In this document: piece after piece, positions 41,826 through 56,095 of the stretch
Position numbering within the stretch: the stretch's first letter is position 1
How the letters are laid out: each line of letters begins with the position of its first letter
Source of the DNA: Octopus vulgaris
Lineage: Eukaryota
Direction: 5' to 3'
Assembly: GCA_951406725.2 (NCBI GenBank)
Contig: OX597818.1
Coordinates: 73,656,001-73,720,000 of the forward strand
DNA: 64,000 bases
Translations under genes and position numbers: made by a program
The notes under the pieces: generated by a model
Told to the model about the DNA's origin: nothing
The model's input: the letters and a program-made list of their open reading frames with translations, nothing else
Database searches by the model: none

Positions 41826-42829
41826 TTAGTAAAAGACGCATACAGTACTTTGTAGTATTATGCAAATTTGAAGAGTCTACTTACACCTGTCCATTCATGA
41901 TGACAGTCTCTCGTAGTCCTAAGAAAACGCTTCTGCAATATCTTGCTGAACAAACTGCACAAATGATTTGCAGTTGCTTATACTGATGAAATATACGCGC
42001 TGTACATTAGTACCTTCTCTCCATTAAATGAACTCTATCTGAACAGTTGTCGAACTGATCGTAGGGAGGCATGCGCTGAAGTATTTTGCTCAAGATCAAA
42101 ATGCATTACCTTATGCAGAAATAAAAACCACCTTCTCGCGAACGTGAGTGCAACACACAAAACATTAGACCACGAATCATTATTGATAGAATCATACAAA
42201 CAATTAATTAAATTCAATGTGGTATCATACAAATATGATGTGTATTCTTACAATTACCCCTTTATAGAAAGATGCATGCCTATGTACACATATACAGGCA
42301 CACACGCGCGCACACAAACTCACAGAGATTGCGTACTTTCAATTTATTTATATGATGCAAAAGAATTGATTTGAACAAGCCAAGTGGTTAACTCGTAGCC
42401 GTGACAGTTCGAATAAACGTTAGCAATGTATTCCTTTGACGGTATAACTCACTTAAATCCACATCTAAATACACCGAACGCACAAAAAGCAAACACGCAC
42501 ACACGCACATACACAAGCACACACGCTTCACACTCACACACAAGCACACACGCATACACACAAACACAAGAATGGACCATGGTTGGTGAAGCATGATTGG
42601 TATTTTACCAATTTACATAACAATTATAGATACTAAATAAATGATACCCCACACGTTTATCATATAGCGTTAAAGATAAAATATAAAGAGAATTTACTCC
42701 AAAAAAGTCGACATTCCTTTGAGAATAATCCTGATATCCATCAGAATCATTTAATTATCCTTTGATATTTACGTTTTTAAGTGTTTATCTTATTTTCCTT
42801 CTCACGTTATCATCGGTGTGATTATCGTG

Positions 42830-42883
<54 letters not shown>

Positions 42884-42887
42884 ATCA

Positions 42888-44035
42888 TCTCTCTCTATAT
42901 AAACGGCATTTTGTCTGTCTGTGTGTCTGTGTGTCTGTCAGGTTGTACCCTTACCCTGACCACGGCTTTCAACCGATTCTGATGAAACTTGACACACACA
43001 TAGCCCAATGTCATAATTCAAAACTAAAGCAGGGAAAATTTTGAAAAGTTCCCCCAGTTCTGAAAAAAATCGATAAATTCGACATGGTGTCGAGAATCTA
43101 AGCTTTTTCTATGCAACACATTTTCTGTTGTAGTTTTCGCAACTTCCAATCGATTTTCACCAAACTCATGGTGATGCTTAATGCTGCCCTAAGAAACGTA
43201 ATTCTGGCGTTAGTTTTCCATGCAATACCTCACCATCAGAAAAAATCGATAAAATCATGCCATTTTGGGAAATCGCGTTCAAATTCAAGATGACATATTT
43301 TCAACAATATCTTTCACAAATTGGCATGAATTTTTTTTTTAAATTCACAGCGAGCATCATGTCTGCTCCAAGGAAGCTATATGGCCCTTATTATTCCAAT
43401 AGGATACTTTATTACTGGAAAAAATCGGTTAATTAAATCATAGGTGGCACACATAGCAAACCAATTTGTGTATTAAACACAAACCACAGACTGTCTAGGG
43501 AACGCTACTCGACCTTTTTACCTCTCGGAACACGTGGGGTAAGTATCCCAAAAAACTGTACAAAAACGGCAAAAAAGCGAGCAGCAATGTGAGTGACAAC
43601 AACGAAAAAGTCAAAAGTGACCAAACTGAACAAACGAATGGAAAAGGTTTTTTGGTGCACACGACAAAAGCGGTTTATAATAAACCAAGAGTTTGCAAGT
43701 AGCATCCGAGGACCCTTAGGGTACGTAAAAAATTTAAGGTAAAACATTTGGAGTGGTAGTTATAAAGAAAGTTTAAATAAAAAAAGGATTCGAATAACTT
43801 GCGGCTGCAGCAGCTATTAGCAGAAGTGGGGTAAAGTCTCGAATGTAATTTCTTCCTGGTAGGAATTGGTTGCGTTGAATTATCGATACCTGTTTGATAG
43901 TTATTTGGGAGTGAAGAGAAGACATTGCAAACTACACATGCGCCTTCGTTCCCTAGAGGGAAAGGACTAGATTGGGATTGGTCGTTGCCTACTAGGGGCT
44001 CTTACATACCCGGGCAACGCCGGGCTATGCTGCTA

Positions 44036-44036
<1 letters not shown>
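42888..44036 (+). mobile_element. Non-autonomous Helitron
   Basis: A|TCTCTCTCTATATAAACGGC 5' end, (TCTG)n, 3' hairpin CCCGGGCAACGCCGGG then CTAG|T; lies in an (ATT)n tract. Confidence 0.88.
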
Positions 44037-44116
<80 letters not shown>

Positions 44117-44490
44117 GCCATTGCACATCTTTTAACATTGGGGATGTACTACAGTATCAGCTGTTCACTACCAGTGAACTAAGGTAACTAAGGTATTTTT
44201 CGAGCAACTTCCGGAGTATTCGAGCGGTTCCAAGCAGAGCTGTTTTCTGCAAGTGCTCCATCCTTATTGCAGCCCACATTTGTTACATATACTTCTCAAG
44301 ATTTTCACTCACTGTTACCATGACTCTGACTGTTATCGGTACTACTACCACCTTTTAATCGACCACAGCTGCTTAACCTCCCAAGCTAACCTGTCATATA
44401 TATCGACTTTTCTATATTCCTGATGTGTTGTCTGTTCTGTATTTTATGTAGTTTCGTATTAGTGCTTGCTCATGTGCAGCACCGATTAGT
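44117..44490 (-). mobile_element. R4/Dong-type LINE 3' fragment (restriction-like endonuclease C-terminus)
   Basis: Minus YDRLAWEVKQLW..VVVVPI..LQKTALLGTARILRKLL; flanked on both sides by (ATT)n. Confidence 0.82.
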
Positions 44491-44529
44491 CTATTATTAT
44501 TATCATTATTATTATTATTATTATTATTA

Positions 44530-44646
<117 letters not shown>

Positions 44647-44727
44647 AATTATAACACGATATTCAATAAAGTTTTCACCGTCAAATTAAAAAAACAACAG
44701 GCAAATCGCAGCACATGAAAATTAACA

Positions 44728-44797
44728 TGTGGCCAACAACATGGTTGTGGCCAACAACATGGTTGTGGCCAACAACATGGTTGTAGCCAACAACATC
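44728..44797. repeat. 18-bp minisatellite (TGTGGCCAACAACATGGT), ~3.5 copies
   Basis: Direct tandem copies. Confidence 0.9.
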
Positions 44798-45839
44798 GTC
44801 TTCCTCATCACCGTCACAACGACACCAAACGGAATCCTCATAAGCATCTTTAGCAGCAGCAGAAGCAGTAACAATAGTATTATCACCATTTTTTACATTC
44901 CCACAGTTCATTTTTCACCGCCGTTCAACTCTGTGTAATTTATATTGTCAGGCGTCCCTACGATGCCGTTCTTCTAATCGATTGACGAGTAAGTTACGTG
45001 CTGTTAACGGATTAGCATTGATGATGTCACCGATCAGAATGAAGATAAATATAAAGGTAAATTAATTGTTTGTCAGAAGCAGGGAGAATATTATTGTCAA
45101 CGAAAGACAGTTACGGGAGCAATACAAATCACGAATTTACAGTTACATAAAATAGCGTTAAAATAGCTATGAACTGTACAATTTATGAAATGCATCTACA
45201 GTATTTACCCATGTAGGCACGTCATCTTGGATAAAGAACCTTCCTCTATAGACCTTTACTCAAAACTGACTACGTGTGCATTGATATGTGTGTGTTTTCC
45301 TGCGCGTAAATAAGAAGACAGAGAGAAAAGAGGGAGAGATGGGGAGAGAAAGAGAGTGTAAATAAGATACAGTGGACACAGAGTTGAGTGCTAGAGCATT
45401 ACCTCATAACTTCCTCGAATTGTAGAGGAACTGGACAAGCAGCAAGTGTATATATACACGCACACACATATATATATATATTGGATTGGATTGTCAATCT
45501 TCCGTCACATATAGGACGAAGGGCTTATCATGTTCTCTCAGACTAATGTGGACTTCGTGAATTTTGACCTTGAGGTAATACAGATTTAATGAGCCTACTC
45601 TGAAACACTGGCCCGACATCGTTTGGCAGTGGAGTGCAGTTTTTATACTCTTATCCACGAATATAAAGGAAATTGGAATAGAGTATTACAAAAGTTTGCC
45701 TCCTTGACACAACCACAATAATCAGGAAAGTATTAGATACCGTAGACTGCAGGTAGCAAGTCCAATACGCATGTAAGACTCCAGGAGTCCCAAGAAAACC
45801 TGGGATGAAATGAATAAATAAATAATAATAATGTTAATA

Positions 45840-46483
<644 letters not shown>

Positions 46484-47062
46484 ATAATAATGTTGATCGC
46501 TTTAAGAGAATATGTTAGGCTCTAGTACAAACACGGCTTGTATAAAAAAAACAGATGACGCATTAATAGAATTTATTACTCAATGCATCCCATATAGTGC
46601 GATCTGTATCGCGACTGGGCAGAAATTTCCGATAAGATGACATTTATAATACAACTTCATTTCCAAAGCAACACACTTTGCTTATAATGTGATAATCAAT
46701 TTGAGATAACTGTGACTCTTCCACACGGGATAGTAATTGCTACCATACTCAGCGGTCACCATCTCTGGTCGAGAGACCCAAACTCCCCCATCTACATTTA
46801 ATGCAAATTCTAGTATTTATATTTATATTTTATTATTATATTTTATATTTTATTATTAACTATTCACAATGATGACTTTTATTACTTTTATTCCCAACTC
46901 AGTTCAACTAATTGTACATATCTATCGTAACTTTTCATAAAAAGCCTTTACTTTTTTGATTTCCAATGTACATGTTCGCTATATTTCTTCTTATTTCCCT
47001 TTATATTTCGACGTGTAGTTTCTATTTTCTTTTTGTGGCACATTTCTATTTTATATATATAC

Positions 47063-47117
<55 letters not shown>

Positions 47118-47479
47118 GACATTAATATACATAGATACCTCACGCTATGAAGGACTCTTAGAATCAAAACTACCATAATAAATACAGTGTACCGGACGCG
47201 AATGCAAGTTTTGAAGTGAGACTAGGTTAAAGCTTAGTTGTGATCCGAAAGTAACCTCTTCTGACACAGGATTTGGAGCCTTTTTGGGCCTCCTATTTTC
47301 CTTGTCCGAAGAGTTCCCAACCCTTGGGCCAAGGGATGAGATGATGGGCAGTTCGAAAGGGCAGGTATGTGCAACCTGATCACCTCTGCCGGTCAAATTC
47401 CCAACCCATGCGTTCCCATCGCGACACTGATTCGGCAGAACTGTGTGAAAACCAACTTTAAATTATAAATATAGATTTT

Positions 47480-47950
47480 TTGAATCAGCAATGTTGAATC
47501 AGCAATGTTAAGTCCTATTTGGGGTGAAATGTCAATAAACTGATTCCTTATGGGATTTTCCATTCAATCAGGATGAAAAATCGATAAACTGATTCCTTAT
47601 AAGATTCCCCACTAAAATTGGCTACACCCCATTTTCAACCATAACTTTTACCAAGTTTGACGTATTTTGTTCAAACTTGATGCCGGCATTACTTAGGACT
47701 CATGGGAACTTTGAATGCTCTAAGTTCGCCCAAAAATATAGCAATCGATGAGTGGAAAAATCGAGAAACCGATTCCTTATAAGATTTCCCAATCAAATCA
47801 TGTGCACCCTATTTTCAGCCAAACGTTTACCAATTTCAATAGATTTCGCTCAAATTTGACGTCGATGTTACTTAGTTTGGTTTGAAACAAAGCGCTTGAT
47901 TAGCTTAATAATCCTAACTTAATCCCGAGCAATACTGGCTATACTGCTAG
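47480..47950 (+). mobile_element. Helitron 3' fragment with internal tandem repeats
   Basis: AAAC.GATTCCTTAT recurs at ~47537, 47586 and 47766; ends CCCGAGCAATACTGGCTATACTGCTAG|T. Confidence 0.7.
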
Positions 47951-47964
47951 TATATATATATATA

Positions 47965-48970
47965 GCCAAAATTACTAGCTATGCCGACAACACAAAAGTA
48001 GTACAAATAGTCAAGGGACCCTCTGATGCTAATTTTCTACAGAAAGACCCAAATGCCATATATGAATGAGCTGAAGACAACAACATACAATTTAATGCAG
48101 AGAAATTCCAAGCTTTCTGCTACCAGCTGATTAGTGCACAGAATTCACAACAACGATACTTTGTTTGGACCAAAAGGAGCGGCAATCCTAGAATTACAAA
48201 CCGTGCGTGATCTTGGGATTCATATGAGCAACCATGCCTCGTTTCACATGCATGTCTCTAAGACGGTTGTAGTGTGAAGCGAATGGACGGATGGACCCTG
48301 AGAACCTCCAGAACAAGGGACCAGGAAACTTTGCTGGTCCTATGGAGGGCACTTGTCTTCACCCGTCTGGGCAACTGCTCTCAACTATGGTCGCCTTACA
48401 GTGTAGGATTTGTATGAGAAACTGAGGCAGTTCAGCGATACTACATGACGAGGATTGCATCGATGAAACAGCTGAGTTACTGGGAGAGACTGAAAGAGCT
48501 ACGACTTTACTTCTTGGAGCGAAGACGTGAGAGGTATGTAGTGATATATGTGTGGAAGATACTGGAAGAGTTGGCTCCAAACTTTGGAATTGGCAGTTAT
48601 AACAGACTTCGAGTCTCTGCACTGTTCCGATGGTCCCAGTTGTCTCATCTAACAAGAGGATCATGTGCTGTAATAGTAATGGATTCAAGGGACCACAATT
48701 ATTTAACTCCTTGCCAAAACACCTGAGCGAACTCCATGTAGAGTGAGTAGTTGTTTTCAAGAAACAGCTTGACTTCTTGCTATTCAAGATCCAAGATAAA
48801 CCAATATCAAAGCAGGAAACTCAAAGGAGGGTAGGGGTATCGATCTCCCTCATTCACCAAAAGCCAATCCCATAGAACTGGTCAATTCAAAGGTGATAAT
48901 ACAGGCGGTGCCCCAGCATGGCCACGGCCTCAGGGCTGAAACATATCAAAGAATAACAGAATAAAAGAAT
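47965..48970 (+). pseudogene. CR1-group LINE ORF2 3' part with 3' tail
   Basis: SYADNTKV (YADD box), WAEDNN.QFNAEKFQ-like, VRDLGIHM, LSYWERLKELRLYFLERRRERY; tail GGCGGTGCCCCAGCATGGCC..GAAACA plus (AGAATAA)n. Confidence 0.9.
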
Positions 48971-49107
48971 ATATAGTTATGCATAAATACACACCACACA
49001 CACACACATACATATATATATATATGCATATATATGCCTACATACATACATACATACATATATATATATATGTATATACGTACATATATACATATATATA
49101 TTTCTAA

Positions 49108-49157
<50 letters not shown>

Positions 49158-49580
49158 TACACTCACACATGTACGTGTACATACCTATATATGTATATAT
49201 GTAGTTTCCTTTCCCATTTTTAATTGAGAGCTAATTTTTTTAGCGGTTCTTTTTGTCGTAGCAAACATTTGAAAATTGTCAGCAGGTCTTGCAAGTTCTC
49301 ATTCTCTTAGATATCGTGACCAATCGTAGTGTATGATTGATAATTTGCATTCACTCTCCAAGAATCCAATTTCAGGTAACCTTTGATCCAGACGGGTCGG
49401 TATATAACCTATTGCTCTAGTATCTTTGGTATTGGGTTTGCAAACCCATATCTGTACTCAAATGTTTCCTTTTTCTCTCCTATTTTTTCAGTATACTGGT
49501 GTCGAGTGGGTCGTGTTTTCCACAAGATATTTTATGTGCTAATATATATATATATTTATATATATATATATATATATATA

Positions 49581-49684
49581 CTAGCAGTATAACCCGGATT
49601 TGCCCGGGATTAAGTTAGGATTATTTCCAACCAAACTAAGTAACATCAACGTCAAATTTGGGCGGAATCTGTTAAAATTGGTTT

Positions 49685-49751
<67 letters not shown>

Positions 49752-50880
49752 AATACAATATAATATAAATAATATAAATACATATGGGCAACATACACAC
49801 ACACAAACATACACACACACAAACATACACACTCGTACGTACATACACCTATTGCATATATGTTTTTTGATATTGCATACATGTCCAAAAACTTAAATGA
49901 ATGGGAAAATGTTGGTAAATTTGTAGATTAACACTCGCACGATTTTCACTAAAAGAAAATCGGAATTTTTGCGTGGAATCACGTACTCTGGCCTCCTAAT
50001 TTGCTACAAAACCCTTTTTGTGTGCCGAAAAATGGGGTGCGGTGTGGTGGAAGCCACGGACATTGTACCCATTTATATTGTGTAATTCACTGACAAATTG
50101 TTTCTCTGTTGTTTTAATAAATTTATATTGTGTAATTCACTGACAAATTGTTTCTTTGTTGTTAAATAAATGGATTCTCAGCAAAGCACTTTTTTCTTCG
50201 GCGTAAAATAAAAACAAAATTCTTTCGCGCCCAATGCAATGTGTGTGTGTGAGAGGGGTGAGAAACATGGACGATTTAACATAAATAAATGATTTAAAAT
50301 ATATTTTAATTGTTGTGTGAGAAAGTATATATAATCTGATTATAAAATTTAGTGCATTTCAAAAACATCCCAAATTTGAAGATTATATCTCGTGTTTAAG
50401 AAGAAACAAAACATTTTACATATTTTATTTTGTTAAGCGCTATCAAACTCCATCCCTCTCTCCGTCTCTCCGTCTTTCCCTTACACATATTTTTTTTTAC
50501 TTTCTTGTTAGACGATGTCAAATACTCTCTCTCCCTCACACGCACACACATTCATCAACACACAACTTCTCTCTCACACACACACACATACATCAACACA
50601 CAACTTCTCTCTCTCACATACACACATACATACATCAACACACAACTTTTCTCTCTCTATCTCACACGTACACACAGACTTTCACTTCAAAATTGGTAAA
50701 AGTTATGGTTGAAAATAGATTTTTACCGCTATCCACGGGAGCCACGGGAAGCAGTAAGTTGCCAAAACCCAGGTAGGATGGTGACGAATGTCCTCCTAAA
50801 ATTGGAGCGACATGCGTACTAATTTGTGGACGTGCATAAATAACATTCACGTATACACACACATCCTGGCTTTTGCATAT

Positions 50881-50886
<6 letters not shown>
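49581..50886 (-). mobile_element. Non-autonomous Helitron containing internal tandem repeats
   Basis: Minus 3' end CCCGGGCAAATCCGGGTTATACTGCTAG|T at 49581; degenerate 5' end ~50886; 50-bp duplication at 50071-50170; ~40-bp triplication at 50525-50680. Confidence 0.75.
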
Positions 50887-50920
<34 letters not shown>

Positions 50921-50926
<6 letters not shown>

Positions 50927-51186
50927 TGTTGTGTCTGGGGAGAGTCATTTTCTTTTTGTAACACACTCACCGGTAAAATTTTCACTTTTTTATGTTTATT
51001 TTCCTAAAATTTTCGTTGCGTCTAGCAACCTTTTCAATACTTTTTACTCTGTCCGTTAATTACACTGCGTTCCCTTTTATGTTAAATTATAAGGCACAAA
51101 AAAGAAAATGACTCTCCCCAGACACAACAGAATATGCTTCAACACACGAACTCATATAAAGAATCTTGCAAACAAAATCCCAAAAA

Positions 51187-51190
<4 letters not shown>
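50921..51190. mobile_element. TA-flanked fold-back unit with ~39-bp arms and a hammerhead-like motif
   Basis: Arms 50921-50959 / 51096-51135; minus TA-TTGAAAA-G-GTTGC-TAGAC-GCAAC-GAAA-ATTT-TA at 51004-51040. Confidence 0.7.
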
Positions 51191-51223
<33 letters not shown>

Positions 51224-52303
51224 TATTCATGCATGTATGTATCTATGTTTATATTCATGCATGTATGTATCTATGTGTGTATGTATATATGCATATGTTT
51301 ATGTAGATTGCTATGCATGCAACTAGGTTGCTACATAGGTTGATATGTAAGTAGTTGGTTTCCGTTTTGAGCATATGCAGTTGTCAACATGCTATTTTGT
51401 AGTTGCGTCAGTTGCTTTATATATAGTGGCAATTCTCTATAAAACTCTACAGGAGGCTTCGTCATAAACTCATTGATACGAGATCTAAATTCTTATTATT
51501 AAGTGAATGGATGTCGTGCTTTACGCCTACTAAAACTGGAGCCAGAAACAGAAACCTTGCCGTATGTCTTCTCGCTATAATTCTATGTTTCAATTCTAAA
51601 ATATGTTTTGCATTATGAGCCTATTAAATGAGGCCGAATTCATTTTGTTTGAGGCTTCTATTAATTATATAAGGAAACAATTTGCTATTTAGCTTATGAT
51701 CCACACGTTATGAAATTTATATTATGTATATGAAACAGTTCATTTCATTGGATCAATAATATTTGAATAATATAATATAATATCAAATCCATCCATCCAT
51801 TTTCTCCAGCTACTATTCCTGGGAGTGTCGTGGATAAAGATTCCTCAGGTAACTACGCCATAGAATATCACCAGAAGCATCCGTCATTACACATTCCTAC
51901 TAGTTTTCCGAGTGGGAGCAAATGGTATTATGCGTAAAATCCCAGTATCTCATTCTTCGTCTACCCTCAATTGGTTGACTCAGCTTCAAACATTTGTATT
52001 CCTAACTTTTCCGTGGTACATACTAAACCTATGACAGTGGTAGGAGTGTAGTGAAATTTCAATGGGAAAATTTGCGGCTACACTTGGAAAGACATGACGG
52101 TATACGCACTGCAGAATTTCATATAGTTCGCCTGCAACGTAAATTTAGAATGTGGCCATATTTGCTGGCGCATGAAACGTTCGTTAAAAGTGTATTGAGA
52201 ATGTGCATTACGATGCTAACTTCATTGCTATGTACTCATATTTATTTCTAGCAAATATATGTGAGGGTGGAGGCGTGTGTGCGCGCTTACACGTGTCTGA
52301 CTG

Positions 52304-52364
<61 letters not shown>

Positions 52365-52668
52365 CTTCATATGTATATACATATATATATACATACACAC
52401 ACACGCATATATATATATATATATATCCGTATATATGTATAGGCGTATGTTTGTATGTATACATATGTATGAATATTTGCGTTTAAGTTTATGTATATGT
52501 ATGTTATGTATTTGCGTCTATGTTTACGATATCCGTAACTAACATTCAGTAACTTGTGAATAGTTTTCGGTAATTGAAATCACTGAAATACACTAATTCT
52601 AGAAATTCCTGTCCTGACGTACGGCTTTTATACATACTCATGCGAATATGCATGGAGATACATGATAT

Positions 52669-52776
<108 letters not shown>

Positions 52777-52795
52777 ATATATATATATATTTATA

Positions 52796-52899
<104 letters not shown>

Positions 52900-53399
52900 C
52901 ATACATATATTTATATAAATGTGTATATGAACAGATATATATATATATGTGCGTATATACATTTATATGTATGTATATTCATGCATATCTGTCTGTCTAT
53001 ATATGTATAGCTACGTACACACTTCCAGACACACATACATACACACACACACACTCATTGACACCCAAATCAGACTACACCAGCCATACGCTTTGTATGT
53101 GGTATTTCTTGATCGTTTGTTTTGATTTGACCTTTACTTCTGATGTCCCTAGAACATACCTGTGTTTCCAATAAAAACTGACTTAGATACACTTTATACG
53201 TTTTATTTACCAACCCGTAATGACATTTTGCAATGTTTCGGCGAAAATGTCGTGTTCTGATGCTTTTTGAATGGAACATTTTATATCGATTTCAAATCAT
53301 TTCGTTTGTAAAGAGCAGGTGGTTTGAATATTGAAGAGTGCTACCGTTACAACAACGATGAGTGTTCTTTCTAATCTATAGCTCATGTTATTGCAACGT

Positions 53400-53498
<99 letters not shown>

Positions 53499-53594
53499 AG
53501 TACGCATATATGTATATTATACTGTATATTATATATATCAAATATGTATATACATACATACATACATACATACATACATACATACATACATACG

Positions 53595-53629
<35 letters not shown>

Positions 53630-54239
53630 CTATGATTATGTGTGTCTATTGTATATATTTGTTATTTTGGTATTGTATCTCATCAAACGGAAAAAAAACA
53701 TATCAGTAATTTGGACAATGTCCTATCGTCAGTTGCTGCCAGAAGAGTTATCCGTGTTCCATGAAAATGAGCAAATCTGCTTTCTTAGAAAAATTAATAT
53801 ATTGATATACCTTGTGACCTAGATGCCACTCATGTGGGTTTTTTTTTCTTTGAAACCAAATTCTAATTCCTCTCTGAATTTATAACTGCTTATATTTCTT
53901 TGATTGCATCCTTTTCATAGATTACATCACCCATTACAGTGAACACTATACAGTCCATTACTATAATACAGGTGATTTCCAACGTATACCAAGATATACC
54001 ATTCTTACAATTAAGGGCGAGATCAACATATATTCTAAATGTAAGCTTTTAATAACAACACTCCCTCTGTCTGGCTCTCTCTCCCTCTGTCTGGTTCTCT
54101 TTCCCTCTCTGTGGTTCTCTTTCCCTCTCTCTGGCTTTCTTTCCTTCTGTCCGTCAATATCTCTTTCTCTTTCTCTCTCTCTCTCTCTTTCTCTCACACG
54201 CGCAAACCCAAACACATATAGAAAAACAAACGCACACAT

Positions 54240-54410
54240 ATGAAAAGCATTTGAAATACGGAAAATCGAAGGCTCCACCTTGAAAAGAAAACTTCGTATA
54301 GAGGATTTGCCTGCAATTCCAAGCACGTTTCAGACTGAAAATATGTGCAACATCTGCAGTAGGCTGTGTTCGTCCAAACTGCCAATCATATCTCGTGGTG
54401 ATATTTACTG
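54240..54410 (+). mobile_element. RTE-clade LINE C-terminal fragment
   Basis: AFEIRKI...LKRKLR....MCNICSRLCSSK resembles the RTE terminal zinc finger. Confidence 0.55.
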
Positions 54411-55684
54411 ATTGGTGAAATGAACTTTCCCGTTAAGAAATTCTAATCATCTACACCACCTATGTTTGTGTGTATTTATGTATCTAGATATATATGTTCG
54501 TATCTATGTATGCACATATAAGTAGTGCTGTGACGTTATTGATGTGATCAACCAAAGAAGTACTCCATCAAGCGTGAGTTGATATTGTTCAATAAACAAA
54601 CGATTTAAATGTGAGCCACTAAAAGATTAATATTCGAATATTACCTTAATCGATCGAGCATGTCTAGTGTCACGAACTGTGTACTCTGCACTATCCTGCA
54701 ATCGCTAAAGCTCATTAAAAAAATGATATGTTGATTTCGATGTCAGGATTTGAGAGAAAGTGAAAGACATTAAAGAAAGATCATAGAAGAAAAAATTAAA
54801 ATAGCTTGGTATGGCATGTTAACATTATTCTTGTTACTCAGACTACAATTGCAACTTAGCTACTATGCAATTACAAGTTACATTCTTTTGGCATTTACTT
54901 TTTGATTATATCTATTTTACTCCAAGAGGGCTGTCAGTCACGCCATATTTTGGTATTTTATTTGCATTCGCTAAATTATGGGGAAATCTATAGTGAAACG
55001 ATGATCTATTTCAACAGACAAGCATCCACGCTAATAATCCGAGATACTTGATAAATCTGTAAGCAAATACAACCACAAAAACCTCAGGCCTTCGGTGAAT
55101 AGATTTGTGGACTGTTAACCTTCTGTGAGGGAGGTGATTTTTATGTACCCTGCAAATGAACTTGTCCACAGATAGATGATTTCATTAACCAACGTCAATC
55201 CTTTAGATTGCATATAAATATGTGCATTTCACTGTACATACAAGCAGGCTACTTTGTCTCGAAATTTGTTGGGTTTGTAGTCTCTCTTCGATTCACCTAT
55301 TGTTTTCTACTTCGCTTCTGGTGTACTTAAAAGTTTTTAAACCTTCACAGAATGAACCTCGTGGCGTACAATCGAGTGTAACTGCCACATTTGAGGTGAA
55401 CGTATTATGAAGTCTTAACCCACTTTTTAAAGATCAATTAAATCTCATATTTCCACCCAACTATGAATTGATGGTGTACATTCGAATACGGCAACTAAGA
55501 TAACATGCAGGTCAGTAACTAAAGAATATCACCACATTCAATATGGTAATTCACCGGACTGTACTACATACATTCTGTAAGAGTGCGGCGTACGTAATAA
55601 TGAGCGGAGCAGTGACAATACGCCAAACATGTGCGCAAATAGGGTGTTCTCTGAATGACGCTAACTTCTAGCAAGTATTCTTTT

Positions 55685-55900
55685 GCTTTCTATTCAGTCA
55701 CTGGATTTTGCCCATGCTGGGATACGGCCTTTGGGCTTAAACGTACAAATGGAACCTATTGCTTATATAGTAAGCCCTGAACTTAAATAAAATGACATTG
55801 AATTTGAAGTGGTGCAAAGAGACAAAAAGACAGAAAAGCCTGCCCTCACAAACATAGTCACCTCTGTATATTAACACACAAGCATAACGCACAAAGGTGC

Positions 55901-55958
<58 letters not shown>

Positions 55959-56095
55959 TCGACGAGTTTTTACAATTTCCCTCAACCAGATTCATGTTCA
56001 CGCACAAGTTATTAGTCGAACCGGGGTTATAAATGAAGACTTGCCCAAGATGCCTCGGAAAAGGAAACCATGTGACTACAAAGCCAGCCATACAA
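55685..56095 (-). mobile_element. OK-like SINE, degenerate and interrupted
   Basis: 3' part 55685-55735 and 5' part 55960-56095 match 7065-7470 in reverse. Confidence 0.65.

Noticed and set aside
44729-44938. Repetitive peptide ORF (ANNMVV or GQQHGC)n
   Set aside because: Minisatellite within decayed triplet repeats; no splice or homology support
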